From: an uncultured Verrucomicrobiae bacterium
GTDB lineage: Bacteria > Verrucomicrobiota > Verrucomicrobiia > Limisphaerales > Palsa-1400
Assembly: GCA_963764165.1 (NCBI GenBank)
Contig: CAVXRD010000001.1
Span: 768,001-832,000, forward strand
Direction: 5' to 3'
Length of the DNA stretch: 64,000 nt
The first letter of the stretch is position 1. Every line of letters begins with the position of its first letter. Under the pieces are notes generated by a model that was given only the letters and a program-made list of their open reading frames with translations, ran no database searches and had not been told where the DNA came from. Both the position numbers and the translations under genes were made by a program. Positions 47,561 to 57,302 of this stretch are shown one piece after another.

Positions 47561-47609
47561 ATAATAAATGCCTTGGCTCAGACTGTCATGTGGCATGAAG
47601 TGGCCACAG
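47561..47609 (-). promoter_or_regulatory. LamG gene promoter: same 25-bp operator overlapping -35 (ATGACA-N17-TATTAT)
   Basis: ctgtggccacttcatgccacatgac on the coding strand at 47585-47609. Confidence 0.7.
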
Positions 47610-47652
47610 AGCGCGTTTTTGGCCACGTCGGGGGGTTTATAGGGAAAAAGTG

Positions 47653-47806
47653 AATCAGGAACGACCGAACTCAGGAACGGAGGCACCGCCCTGTCTTTCG
47701 CGCCCCGGCCATTCGGGCGCGCTATCCATTATTCCCCTACTTTACTGCTCCCCATCGCTCCCGAAATAACGGTGGCCACTTTTCCTGCGTTCGGTCGTTC
47801 CTGATT
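47653..47806. repeat. Inverted repeat element with 18-bp perfect arms
   Basis: aatcaggaacgaccgaac / gttcggtcgttcctgatt. Confidence 0.8.
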
Positions 47807-47906
47807 AAATACCTCCCTGGTTCTACGCGCCAGTTGTAAGAACAGGTAATTCTGTCAACGAACGCAAATCACTTGGCGTCCCCGGCCATTGCTATACTAT
47901 CCGCGA

Positions 47907-49250
47907 ATGAAAGCGCGCATCTTCTATTGGTCGATCACCTCGGCCTTCGCCGGTTTTCTTTTCGGATTTGACATGGTGGTCATTTCGGGCGCAGAAGAAA
48001 CCATCCAGAAATTGTGGAGCCTCAGCCCTAAAATGCACGGGCTGGTCATGGGCTCCGCACTTTACGGAACGGTGCTTGGATCGCTCCTCGGCGGCTGGCC
48101 CACCGATAAACTTGGGCGCAAACGCACCCTGCTCTCCATCGGCGCGCTATATATATTATCGGCTCTCGGATGCGCATTCGCTGACAGTGTTGGACTCTTC
48201 GTAGCGGCTCGGTTTATTGGCGGATTGGGCATTGGAATTTCCACCGTGGCCTCACCGCTCTACATTTCCGAAATCGCCCCGGCCAAATGCCGCGGGCGGC
48301 TGGCGGGAATGTTTCAATTCAACATCGTCTTTGGGATTCTGGTGTCCTACGCGTCCAATTGGGCCATCGTCCAACTCGGCGTTGCCAATGGCTGGCGGTG
48401 GATGCTTGGCGTCGCGACTTTTCCCTCGATTATCTATGCCGCGCTGAGCGTCGGCCTGCCGGAGAGCCCGCGCTGGCTCATCTCCCGCAAGAACGATCGC
48501 GCCGCCGGCCTGAATGTCCTGCGCATGATCGAACCCGAGAAATCCGAAGCCGACTTAAACGCGCACGCCGACGAAATCCTCGCCGCCGCCCGCGCGGAAA
48601 CCAAGGCTGGCGGAGGCTTTTGGACATGGCGCCTGCGAGTCCCAATCATGCTGGCGTTTTTAGTGGCGTTCTTCAACCAGCTTTCCGGCATCAACGCCAT
48701 TCTCTACTTCGCCCCGCGCATATTCGAACTGACTGGACTGCAAAAAAACGCCGCCATGCTGCAATCCGTCGGCATCGGCGTCACCAATCTGGTCTTCACC
48801 TTCGTGGGTCTGTGGCTGATTGATCGGCTAGGACGCCGCACCCTGCTGTTGATTGGCTCGTTCGGCTACATCGCCTCACTGGGACTGACCGCCTGGGCGC
48901 TTTTCACCCAGCATTACGCCATCGTGCCTGCGTGCATCTTCGCCTTCATAGCCGCCCACGCCGTCGGCCAGGGAACGGTTATTTGGGTGCTGATTTCGGA
49001 AATCTTCCCCAACCGCCACCGCGCGCAGGGCCAGGCGCTTGGGAGCTTCACCCATTGGATATTCGCCGCGCTTCTGACCACCTTTTTCCCAATCGCCGTC
49101 GAGTCCATTGCCCCCGGCTATATCTTCGTCTTTTTCTGCGGCATGATGGTACTGCAACTGTTCTGGGTCCAATTCATGGTCCCCGAAACCAAAGGCGTGC
49201 CACTTGAAGAAATGCAAAAGAAATTGGGAATTGAATTGGCCACAGATTAA
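47907..49250 (+). CDS. Sugar porter family MFS transporter (XylE/AraE-like)
   Basis: AGFLFGFD, DKLGRK, YISEIAP, PESPRWL, NQLSGINAILY, SEIFP, PETKG. Confidence 0.93.
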   Translation: MKARIFYWSITSAFAGFLFGFDMVVISGAEETIQKLWSLSPKMHGLVMGSALYGTVLGSLLGGWPTDKLGRKRTLLSIGALYILSALGCAFADSVGLFVAARFIGGLGIGISTVASPLYISEIAPAKCRGRLAGMFQFNIVFGILVSYASNWAIVQLGVANGWRWMLGVATFPSIIYAALSVGLPESPRWLISRKNDRAAGLNVLRMIEPEKSEADLNAHADEILAAARAETKAGGGFWTWRLRVPIMLAFLVAFFNQLSGINAILYFAPRIFELTGLQKNAAMLQSVGIGVTNLVFTFVGLWLIDRLGRRTLLLIGSFGYIASLGLTAWALFTQHYAIVPACIFAFIAAHAVGQGTVIWVLISEIFPNRHRAQGQALGSFTHWIFAALLTTFFPIAVESIAPGYIFVFFCGMMVLQLFWVQFMVPETKGVPLEEMQKKLGIELATD

Positions 49251-49335
49251 CACCGATCAACACAGATAAAGAAACAAAGGGATAATCAGAAAATCTGTGC
49301 CATCCGCGGCTAAACAGCCCTTTGGTGTGCCCGCC

Positions 49336-50262
49336 TCAAATTGACGCTAAATTGACGGCTCCGTCGTCAGAATGCAAACGGCGGCGAAACCCCAAGCTGC
49401 GTCCGGCCATTTTCGCAACAGCAATCAACGCTCCAAAACCTAAAAGCAACACAAGCAGGTTGAGCGTCCCGGCCTCTATGGCAACGCCGGTGCCCACCCA
49501 GAAGGACGGGCCGCGTCTTTCGAGGTTGATCACATTGTATGCGGGTGCCAGCCCAAGGTACGTTTGCAGCCAATCCCAGCTCCAATGCCAGCCGATGCCC
49601 ATCCAGAGCGAACCGGTCATCGTTCTCATCCCTCCCAGCAAAAAACTTCCCACAATCGCGCTGATCACGAAGGGCAGCCCAAAGCCGTCCACGCCCCAAT
49701 GCGATAATCCAAAGACCGCGCCAGTGGCGAGCAATGCGATCCACACCGGAAACTTTTCGCCGAGATTTTGCAGCAGATAGCCGCGCGTGGCGCTTTCCTC
49801 GACTGTGGAGGTGACAAAATAGTGAACGAACCCGCCCAAACCCAGGGCCAGCAAATTGGAGGCGGGAATATCGGTGCGCAGGCCGTGCGGTTGAATCCAG
49901 CCCATTTGCTTTTCCACAATGAAGATCAAGCCCATCATGGCGGCAGCCAATCCAAACCCGGCGAGAAACATCGGCAACGCTCGGGAATGGCTCGAAAACC
50001 AAAAAATCCACCACGATTTTTGATCCACCCATTGGCGGCACGCATATACCGTAACCAAAACAATTGCAGTCAACCAAATGCCAGCTGCAATTTCGACGGT
50101 GGTGAAAACGAACGGCCCGCGCAAGAGATGCTTTGCAATCCAACGGGCACCGTCGGTGATGGGTGCTCTCGAATAAAGGCAAAGCCCGTAGAGGAGGCAA
50201 AACAGGAGCAGCCGCCAGAACAAGTTCACCCGACCATCACGCGAGAGAAGCACGCGTGTCAT
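49336..50262 (-). CDS. CPBP family (CAAX/Abi) intramembrane glutamic protease
   Basis: VEESATRGYL, FGLSH and GSLWMGIGWHWSWD motifs; multiple TMs. Confidence 0.88.
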   Translation of the reverse strand: MTRVLLSRDGRVNLFWRLLLFCLLYGLCLYSRAPITDGARWIAKHLLRGPFVFTTVEIAAGIWLTAIVLVTVYACRQWVDQKSWWIFWFSSHSRALPMFLAGFGLAAAMMGLIFIVEKQMGWIQPHGLRTDIPASNLLALGLGGFVHYFVTSTVEESATRGYLLQNLGEKFPVWIALLATGAVFGLSHWGVDGFGLPFVISAIVGSFLLGGMRTMTGSLWMGIGWHWSWDWLQTYLGLAPAYNVINLERRGPSFWVGTGVAIEAGTLNLLVLLLGFGALIAVAKMAGRSLGFRRRLHSDDGAVNLASI

Positions 50263-50305
50263 CGGCTCGTCCGTTGCCGCCGGAACTCGGGGGAGTTTGC
50301 AAGCA

Positions 50306-50713
50306 TCAGCTTCCGGTGATCATCTGAACTTCGCTGCCTTCAATGCCGTCGTGTCCGCCGCGCTTTTCACAGAGGGACTCTTCCTGCCGCCAAACCGTCT
50401 TCACGGAAGCCGGGGCATGGTCGGGCGCGTAATGGCTGATCCAGACGAAAACTTCCACGAAGTTCGTTTTGCCGTCTGCATCATCGCGAACGATGACGTG
50501 CGGCTTGGCCAGCACCATATTTTCGCGGCGGAAAACGGTCCATGCCTCGGAAAGCACCTGTTGAAATTCCGCCTCCTTTCCCGGCTTGACATGATACGTC
50601 ACAAGCATGTGTTCAGGCTCGCGTTCGGACGCATCACCTTGAACATAATTTGTTGAAGTGGAACAACCGGCAACGGCGGCAATGAGAAGCAAGAGCGTAA
50701 TCAGTTTTTTCAT
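50306..50713 (-). CDS. Putative lipoprotein with an ABM-like ferredoxin fold
   Basis: Lipobox VAG/C; VTYHVKPGKEAEF...FVEVFVW. Confidence 0.75.
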   Translation of the reverse strand: MKKLITLLLLIAAVAGCSTSTNYVQGDASEREPEHMLVTYHVKPGKEAEFQQVLSEAWTVFRRENMVLAKPHVIVRDDADGKTNFVEVFVWISHYAPDHAPASVKTVWRQEESLCEKRGGHDGIEGSEVQMITGS

Positions 50714-50875
50714 AGTTGGCTTTTCGCGCGTTCACTCGCGATGGCTGACAGCATATTCAATATGCCCTTTGCAACGCCTTTTTCTGACGGACGCGACTCT
50801 ATTCCGCCCGCTCCATTTTGTCGACGCCTTAAAAATGGAGAGATTGCGGAAACTGGACCCGCAATGGCATCAGGC

Positions 50876-52519
50876 TCACTTTTGAATTCCCCATGCTTGC
50901 TTTGCCCAAGGGCGCATGGCGTCGTATTTATTTTCCCAAGTCGTGTACATTTCTCCGACGATTCCAGGAACGCTCGCGGTGTTCTTTTCCCAGTCGGCGA
51001 TGTCCGCGCCGCTCTCATCTGAATCGTAGTAGCCGGAGAGAATTTGGCGCAGACCAAGGTCTGCGAAGAACTGGCAATTTTTCCCTTTTGCGCCGCCGTT
51101 CCAATTCACGATGCCAATTCCCTTGTCCAACCCTTTCCACGAACCGGCGAAGCTTCCGTTGACGGCATAGTAATGATCGACCGCATTGTGCATCGGGTCG
51201 AACATATCGCTCCAAACCCAAATCTCGGCGTCCGGCCGTATTTTGCGGATGATCCTGGCGGCGCGCTGGACGTTCCACGCGAGAAGTTCGCCCGCCGACA
51301 TCCCCTTGCCGCGGCAGGCGGCGCATTGGTTGGCCACGCGAATTTCGTCGTGCGACATGAAGAAGGCTTTCGGATGCAGCAATTCGTCAGCGTGCTTTAC
51401 TTCCGCTTCCCAATCCTCAAAAACCTTCGGCTCGCTCAGACATGTGTTGAGGCGATCCTGGTACACGACGATGGGATGATAGCAGCTCACGCGCAATCGC
51501 GCGCCCTCGCGAATGCGCGTGGCGGCGGCCAGCCTGATGGACGGCTCGTCGTGATAGGCCCACCAAGGATTCAGCAGCGGGTCGGCAATGGGCTGGTAAT
51601 CGCGGCCTTCCTCATACTTGACACCATCTTCACCCGCCACTGTGACTGGACAACCCGGACGGCGCAGCACATTGACCAAACCGATTTCCGAAACTTCGAG
51701 ATCATCCCACCACATCGCGCCGTTTTTGCCCGACCATGACCCGAGATAAAGCAGCCCCTTGTCGTGATCGAGGCTGTTGAACACGAGATCGTAATGTTTC
51801 CAGTCTTGCGTGCTCTCTGCGTGAAACGTTTGAAAACTGATGGACTGGCTCGTGTTGGTCGTGAGCAGCTTCACCTCCGCATCAGCGGGCGACAATTTGT
51901 CTGTCTTGAGCCAAAATGAAATTCGATATTGGCGGAAAGGCCGCAGCGCCACCGGCTGCATGAGGCGCGCGTGGCTGTGCTCGTTCTTCCCGATATTCTC
52001 CATGCGCAACGATGTTTTTCCGCCATGGACAACACTGTGATCGGCAAACGTCGTCACCCCTTCATCATCCTGCATCAGCCAACCCTTGAAATGATTTCCC
52101 ACGGCATCCTCAAACCCGCCATTGGCCACGCGTGTCGGATTATCCTGCTCCAAAAACGCCTTTCCGCCGTGCGCGACAAAGAGCGCATTCGACACCGGCG
52201 CGCCCTCGACATAATTGCGGTCCTTGCTCCCTCCCATCACCACCGCAACAAGATCCAGGCCATTGGCTTGCGCCGCCTCGCGCAGCGCCGCCGCCTTTGA
52301 CTCCGCGACATTGCATTGAAAAACGACTCCGTTGCAGCCGCACTCTTTTGCGGCCGGAAACCGCGAGATCATGGCATCGATTTCCTTGGGGTCGTTCATA
52401 TCCCGCCAGAAGAACAGCCACCGCTTCTCCTTCCGAGAATCCGCCGCACTCACCGTAACGGTCAATGCTACGAAAAAGACGCAGCAGGTGAGGCGGACAA
52501 CAAATCGAAGTGCTTGCAT
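50876..52519 (-). CDS. Secreted putative glycoside hydrolase (GH20-like HDE motif) with an inserted CBM4/9-like domain
   Basis: Signal peptide, ANGGFE...GW CBM-like start, CLSEP, FFMSHDEIR, VWSDMF, WN, YTTW. Confidence 0.65.
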   Translation of the reverse strand: MQALRFVVRLTCCVFFVALTVTVSAADSRKEKRWLFFWRDMNDPKEIDAMISRFPAAKECGCNGVVFQCNVAESKAAALREAAQANGLDLVAVVMGGSKDRNYVEGAPVSNALFVAHGGKAFLEQDNPTRVANGGFEDAVGNHFKGWLMQDDEGVTTFADHSVVHGGKTSLRMENIGKNEHSHARLMQPVALRPFRQYRISFWLKTDKLSPADAEVKLLTTNTSQSISFQTFHAESTQDWKHYDLVFNSLDHDKGLLYLGSWSGKNGAMWWDDLEVSEIGLVNVLRRPGCPVTVAGEDGVKYEEGRDYQPIADPLLNPWWAYHDEPSIRLAAATRIREGARLRVSCYHPIVVYQDRLNTCLSEPKVFEDWEAEVKHADELLHPKAFFMSHDEIRVANQCAACRGKGMSAGELLAWNVQRAARIIRKIRPDAEIWVWSDMFDPMHNAVDHYYAVNGSFAGSWKGLDKGIGIVNWNGGAKGKNCQFFADLGLRQILSGYYDSDESGADIADWEKNTASVPGIVGEMYTTWENKYDAMRPWAKQAWGIQK

Positions 52520-52780
52520 AGGGCACATCCTATCGCATTTGCGCCAGCGGCACAGCAAAACAGCGCAGCGAGCGCCGCGGGCGCGTTACTGGACGGCCAG
52601 CCGATAGAACCGCTCCACCTTCGAACTCCAGTTTGTGAAAGCGAAATTGCTGCTGCATTTCTGCGACACTGGCCTGGCCTGCTGACGGCTGGGAATTCGT
52701 AATGCCGCGCGCCTGGACCTCCATCCGCTGAAAGGCCCGATTTCGTGGCGCTTCGGCACGGCGCCGCGCGGCGCACTAGC

Positions 52781-53230
52781 TCACTGCTTCAGCCGGAAGA
52801 ATAAATTTCCGGCCGGAGCAGTGACAATGATGCTGTTAGTGCCGTTGGCAGACGTTATGGTGAAATTGCTTGCCGTCCAAACGCCCGCGCTCAAATTCGA
52901 CGTTTGCTGCAGCGTGTAAGTGTTGGTGTTCGCGTCCGGCCAAAGCACCTTGACACTGTGGGGCCCGTTGGGCGCGATGAGAAGGTTGGGAAGGCCCGGC
53001 TGCGGCACGGCTTGGACGCTCCAGAAGCCTCCCGTGACACTGAAAGAGCCGCCGCTCATGGCCGCGCCTGCATCGGGTTGGCCGATGGTTCCGCTCAGCG
53101 CAAATGGGCCGTTGGTGCTGGTGCCGCCGCCACCTGCAATCTTATACCAGTTGATTGAGTAGCTTTGGGCCGAGGCCCGCAGGCAAAGGACGCCGGCGCC
53201 TATTAAGATAGCAATGGCTTTCAGTTTCAT
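52781..53230 (-). CDS. Small secreted partner protein (GGGG...SGTIGQPDAG...GGFW domain + C-terminal sorting-like domain)
   Basis: Signal peptide; TAATG coupling to the S74 gene; ends in LFFRLKQ. Confidence 0.85.
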   Translation of the reverse strand: MKLKAIAILIGAGVLCLRASAQSYSINWYKIAGGGGTSTNGPFALSGTIGQPDAGAAMSGGSFSVTGGFWSVQAVPQPGLPNLLIAPNGPHSVKVLWPDANTNTYTLQQTSNLSAGVWTASNFTITSANGTNSIIVTAPAGNLFFRLKQ

Positions 53231-56200
53231 TATTTGTCTCCAGTTGCGAGTTTAAGGAGCTTTTCCAATTTCTCCACGCGGGCGGCCAATGCCGCGTTCT
53301 GCTGTTCCAACTTCTGGTTCAACCCCTGAATCGCCGCCAAAGCCACACCTTCCTCGTCCACCGTAGCGATATGCCTATCGTCCGGGCCGAGATTGAAGGC
53401 GGCATGGAAATCCTGGGCCATGGGGCCGATGTGATCCTGCGTGCGATCCTCTTTGAAGTTCCACTGGCTGACCGGCAGAGCGGCGACTTTAGCCAACACT
53501 TCCTGCGGGTTCACGGGCTTGAAATGTTCCTTCGCGTTGCGATCGCTGGTGGTGACGAATGTGGTCGCGGCACAACTGCCACTCACCTGAAGAGGATAAC
53601 CAGGAGTGGTCGTGCCGATGCCGACGTTGTTGGCGATCAGCGCGAGAGGCGCGCCGCCAATACCTTGCTTGAAGGACTGGATTTGCGCATAGCCAGCAGC
53701 GGTGCTGTTCGTGAAGTAACCCAACAAAAGCTCTCCCGCTGTCGTTCCGAGCCCCCCACTGCTCGCTACGATGACTTGCGGCGATCCTGGGTTGCCGGCG
53801 GACTGGACGACCAACGGATTTCCAAACGCCTCGGTGCCGGTGCCAATGCCAATATTGCCGCTAAAGACATTGCTTGCGCCAGCAAAGGTGTTGCCACCCG
53901 CGAGCAACGCCACGCCGGTCAAATTGGTCCCGCTAATGGCAGGCAATGCCCCGGTCAGATTTGACGCCGTCAAGCTGGTTAAACGAGCGCCGTTGATGGC
54001 GGGCAGGGCGCCGACCAGATTTGAAGCTGGCAGGTTGGTCAAATTGGCCCCACTGAGGGTTGGCAACACGCCAACAAGATTCGACGCCTGCAAGTTGGTC
54101 AGATTGGCTCCGCTGATGGCGGGCAGTGGGCCGCTCAGATTGGAAGCCCTCAAGTTGGTTAAATTAGCCCCGCTGAGGGCAGGCAGGACGCCTGCCAGGT
54201 TGGCCGCCGACAAGTTGGTCAAATTGGCCCCGCTGATGGCCGGAAAGACGCCCACCAGGTTGGCCGCTGGCAAGTTGGTCAAATTGGCCCCACTGATGGC
54301 CGGAAAGACGCCCACCAAGTTGGCCGCCGGCAAGTTGGTCAAATTGGCCCCACTGATGGCGGGAAAGGCGCCGGTCAGATTTGAAGCCGTCAAGTTGGTC
54401 AGATTCATACCGTTATTGCTGCTTAGCGTCTGCAGGTTGGCCGGCAAGACGGCGTTCGCCAGCGTCCCGACCGTCAGTGAGGCCGCGTTCAGGTTGGTGA
54501 GGTTCACGCCGGATCCGTTGAAGCTCGTGGCCGTCACTGGGCCGGCGGTGGTGAAACCGCCCGCCGTAATGGTGCCTGCAGTCGTGGCCTGCGAAATGCT
54601 AAAAGTGATCACCGCCAAGCCGTCAGCGCCCGGGCTTTGCACGTTACCGCCGGTTCCGTTCGGAAAGACATAGGATGGATCGCCGGAATTGCCCGCCGCG
54701 GTGTTGGTTCCCCCAATGATTATTGTCCCATAAGAGCCGCCGCCACCTCCGCCGTTCTGATAAGCAGCACTTCCAGAACCGCCACCCCCGAATCCACCGC
54801 CGCCTCCACCGGCGTCACCGACTTCGAAGCCCCCGTTTCCATTGGCGGAGCTTGGAGAACTGATGCCCACATTGGTTGCTCCCGTGGCGTAATTGCCGCC
54901 AACTGCCCCGTCCACGCCGCCCTGGCCTCCAAGGCCGTTATAGCCGCCTGCGCCGCCAGGCCCGCTGCCGTTGGCAATTCCTGTTTGGCCAGGGTTGCCT
55001 CCGGCCCCGCCCGATCCCGCCGCACCCGCGCCACCGCCGCCTCCCGCCACCGCTTCGGTGATGTAGTTGCTGCCGTTGAGATAAAACAATGAGCTGGCCT
55101 GTCCGCCTTGGGCGACTTCGTCACCTGCGGTGGCGTTGCCTCCCATCGCATCTCCAGAGCCATTTCCGCCTCCGTGGTTGTCGTTATAGTCCCCGTGCTG
55201 GCCGACCACGACAAGGAAAGTCTGTCCTGCGACGACATTGAACGTTTGTTCGACGAAAGCTCCTCCGCCCCCGGTGCTCCCAAATAAGCCCTCGCCGCCG
55301 CCGCCGCCCGCGCCCCATAACTTGGCGGTCATTTGCGTGGCGCCCGGGGGTGCCACCACCGTATTGATGCTGGCCGACAAAAAGATATTCGTTTGGCTGA
55401 CCGGAGTGGTCAAAAGAACGTTGGCGGGCAGGAGAGACGATGAAATTGTCCCGCTTGAAAGTTGCGTGGCATTGAGATTGGTCAAGCCGCCGCCATCGCC
55501 GCTCAAGATGGCATTGGTGATGGAGACACCCGCCGCCACGCTGTTGGCCAGGGTGGCGGTGCTGGCGTTGCCGGCCAAAGTGCCGGTAAATGCGCCTCCC
55601 AGGGTCACGCCTGTTTCCGTGTTCGTCACCACTGCGGCGGGCATCTGGGCCAGGGAAATGGTTCCGCTGGAGATTTGTGAGGCATTGAGATTGCTTAACC
55701 CGCTGCCGTCGCCTGCAAATGAAGCCGCCGCAATGATCCCAGAAGCAGTTGCTTCCGGCGCGCTAAAGGTGATGACGACCAGACCATCGGCCCCCGGGCT
55801 GGCTTGGCCGCCGCCGGTTCCGTTGGGAGAAAGATAGGATGGATCACCAGTATTACCTGGAGCGTTGTTGGTTCCCGCAACGACAATGGCTCCATAAGAG
55901 CCGCCGCCGCCGCTGCCAGCGTAGGCGGTACCGGAACCGCCACCGCCAAAACCGCCACCGCCACCGCCATACTGGCTTCCGCCGCCGCCCCCGTCTCCAT
56001 CAGCGGAGCCTAAAGAACTGATACCCGCATTGGTCGCGCCGCTGGCGTAATTGCCGCCGGCAACGCCCCCGCCTGATCCGGCCGCGCCTCCGACACCGTC
56101 ATAACCGCCCCCGCCGCTCAAGGCGCCGTAGGTCGTTTGGCCGGGATTGCCTCCCGCGCCGCCGGATTCCCCGTAGTCCGCGCCGCCGCCCCCTCCCGCC

Positions 56201-57153
56201 ACCGCTTCGGTGATATAGTTGGCGCCGCTGAGATAAAACAATGAGCTGGCCTGTCCGCCCTGGCCGGCCTCGCTGTAGGGGGCTGCACTGCCTCCCGCGG
56301 CGTCTCCAGAATCGCTTCCTCCCGCGCCGCTGTCGTTATAGTCCCCGTGCTGGCCGACCACGACGAGGAAAGTCTGTCCGGGCACGACATTGATCGTTTG
56401 TTGCACGAAAGCTCCGGCACCGCCAGTCGCCCCGGCACCCCCCCCGCCGCCACCGCCTCCAGCGCCCCATAGTTTGGCCGTCAAGACCGTGGCGCCGAAG
56501 GGCACAGTCAATATATTAGTGCCGGCGGACGAGTAAACATTCGTTTGCAGGCCGGTCATCACGGTCGTCAGGACGTTTGATGGGAGGAGAGACGTCGAAA
56601 TGGTCCCGGTCGAGAGTTGGGTGGCGTTGAGGTTGGTCAGCGCCGCGCCGTTGCCGCTCAAGGTGCCGCTGATGCTAAGCCCGCTTTCGCCGTTTGTCAC
56701 CACCGCCGCAGGCAACTGCGCCAGCGCAATCGCGCCCGTGAAGCTGGCGGCTGTCCCTGCCGCTGGCGCATACATAGCGTAGGGCGTGGGAGTAATCGGC
56801 TGGAACGGGCTTAAAGCGGCGAAGCTCCCGCCCCCGTTGGTTCGCACCTCCACCTGAAGCCAGTAATGATTGCCGTTGAAGAAGCCGCCACCGAAATCCA
56901 GACTGACTGAGAATGAGCCATCGCTAACTGCCGTGGCCGTCTCCGTGATGGTCTGCGACACGGGCATGCCGGTGTCCCGGTTGGAGCTGGAGTATAAGGT
57001 AAAGGCCATGTCGTAACTGCCATTGGCCGGCGCGCCTCCGCTGGTCAGGAATCCTTGATAGGTGAAGGCCGTCCCTTGGGCGTGGGCCGTCAAGGCAGCC
57101 AGAGTGAATAGCAACAGACCCACCATTATCTTCATTACTTTTTTCATAATCAT
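53230..57153 (-). CDS. Secreted fibre-like protein: N-terminal TAFTYQG domain, two glycine-rich domains, 20-aa repeat stalk, C-terminal peptidase S74 chaperone
   Basis: Signal peptide AHA/QG; AKLWGAGGGGG twice; TTSDRNAKE...HIGPMAQDF...coiled coil. Start 57153 or 57147. Confidence 0.88.
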   Translation of the reverse strand: MIMKKVMKIMVGLLLFTLAALTAHAQGTAFTYQGFLTSGGAPANGSYDMAFTLYSSSNRDTGMPVSQTITETATAVSDGSFSVSLDFGGGFFNGNHYWLQVEVRTNGGGSFAALSPFQPITPTPYAMYAPAAGTAASFTGAIALAQLPAAVVTNGESGLSISGTLSGNGAALTNLNATQLSTGTISTSLLPSNVLTTVMTGLQTNVYSSAGTNILTVPFGATVLTAKLWGAGGGGGGGGAGATGGAGAFVQQTINVVPGQTFLVVVGQHGDYNDSGAGGSDSGDAAGGSAAPYSEAGQGGQASSLFYLSGANYITEAVAGGGGGADYGESGGAGGNPGQTTYGALSGGGGYDGVGGAAGSGGGVAGGNYASGATNAGISSLGSADGDGGGGGSQYGGGGGGFGGGGSGTAYAGSGGGGSYGAIVVAGTNNAPGNTGDPSYLSPNGTGGGQASPGADGLVVITFSAPEATASGIIAAASFAGDGSGLSNLNASQISSGTISLAQMPAAVVTNTETGVTLGGAFTGTLAGNASTATLANSVAAGVSITNAILSGDGGGLTNLNATQLSSGTISSSLLPANVLLTTPVSQTNIFLSASINTVVAPPGATQMTAKLWGAGGGGGEGLFGSTGGGGAFVEQTFNVVAGQTFLVVVGQHGDYNDNHGGGNGSGDAMGGNATAGDEVAQGGQASSLFYLNGSNYITEAVAGGGGGAGAAGSGGAGGNPGQTGIANGSGPGGAGGYNGLGGQGGVDGAVGGNYATGATNVGISSPSSANGNGGFEVGDAGGGGGGFGGGGSGSAAYQNGGGGGGSYGTIIIGGTNTAAGNSGDPSYVFPNGTGGNVQSPGADGLAVITFSISQATTAGTITAGGFTTAGPVTATSFNGSGVNLTNLNAASLTVGTLANAVLPANLQTLSSNNGMNLTNLTASNLTGAFPAISGANLTNLPAANLVGVFPAISGANLTNLPAANLVGVFPAISGANLTNLSAANLAGVLPALSGANLTNLRASNLSGPLPAISGANLTNLQASNLVGVLPTLSGANLTNLPASNLVGALPAINGARLTSLTASNLTGALPAISGTNLTGVALLAGGNTFAGASNVFSGNIGIGTGTEAFGNPLVVQSAGNPGSPQVIVASSGGLGTTAGELLLGYFTNSTAAGYAQIQSFKQGIGGAPLALIANNVGIGTTTPGYPLQVSGSCAATTFVTTSDRNAKEHFKPVNPQEVLAKVAALPVSQWNFKEDRTQDHIGPMAQDFHAAFNLGPDDRHIATVDEEGVALAAIQGLNQKLEQQNAALAARVEKLEKLLKLATGDK
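53929..54408 (-). repeat. Eight tandem 60-bp (20-aa) coding repeats, consensus ANLTNLxAxNLxGxLPAISG
   Basis: Visible 60-bp periodicity (caagttggtcaaattggccc on successive lines). Confidence 0.92.
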
Positions 57154-57217
57154 TGGCGTCGTTCGAGTTGTTTAGGTTCGAATGTTGTTTTGACAGCGGC
57201 ATTACCGGAACAAGCCG

Positions 57218-57285
57218 GGGCTGCCTCTCAATCACCAATGCGCAAAAGACCGCGAGAAAGTAGGTCAGCTTTTTTGAAAGATTTT
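57218..57285 (-). promoter_or_regulatory. Conserved upstream element of S74 gene 1 (putative ECF-type promoter)
   Basis: 33 bp (57218-57250) identical to 60751-60783, plus a shared GACCTACT further upstream on the coding strand. Confidence 0.7.
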
Positions 57286-57302
57286 GGCGAAGGTCGTTGG
57301 GC

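Noticed and set aside
53771..54673. 300-aa repetitive plus-strand ORF
   Set aside because: Antisense reading of the 60-bp stalk repeats.
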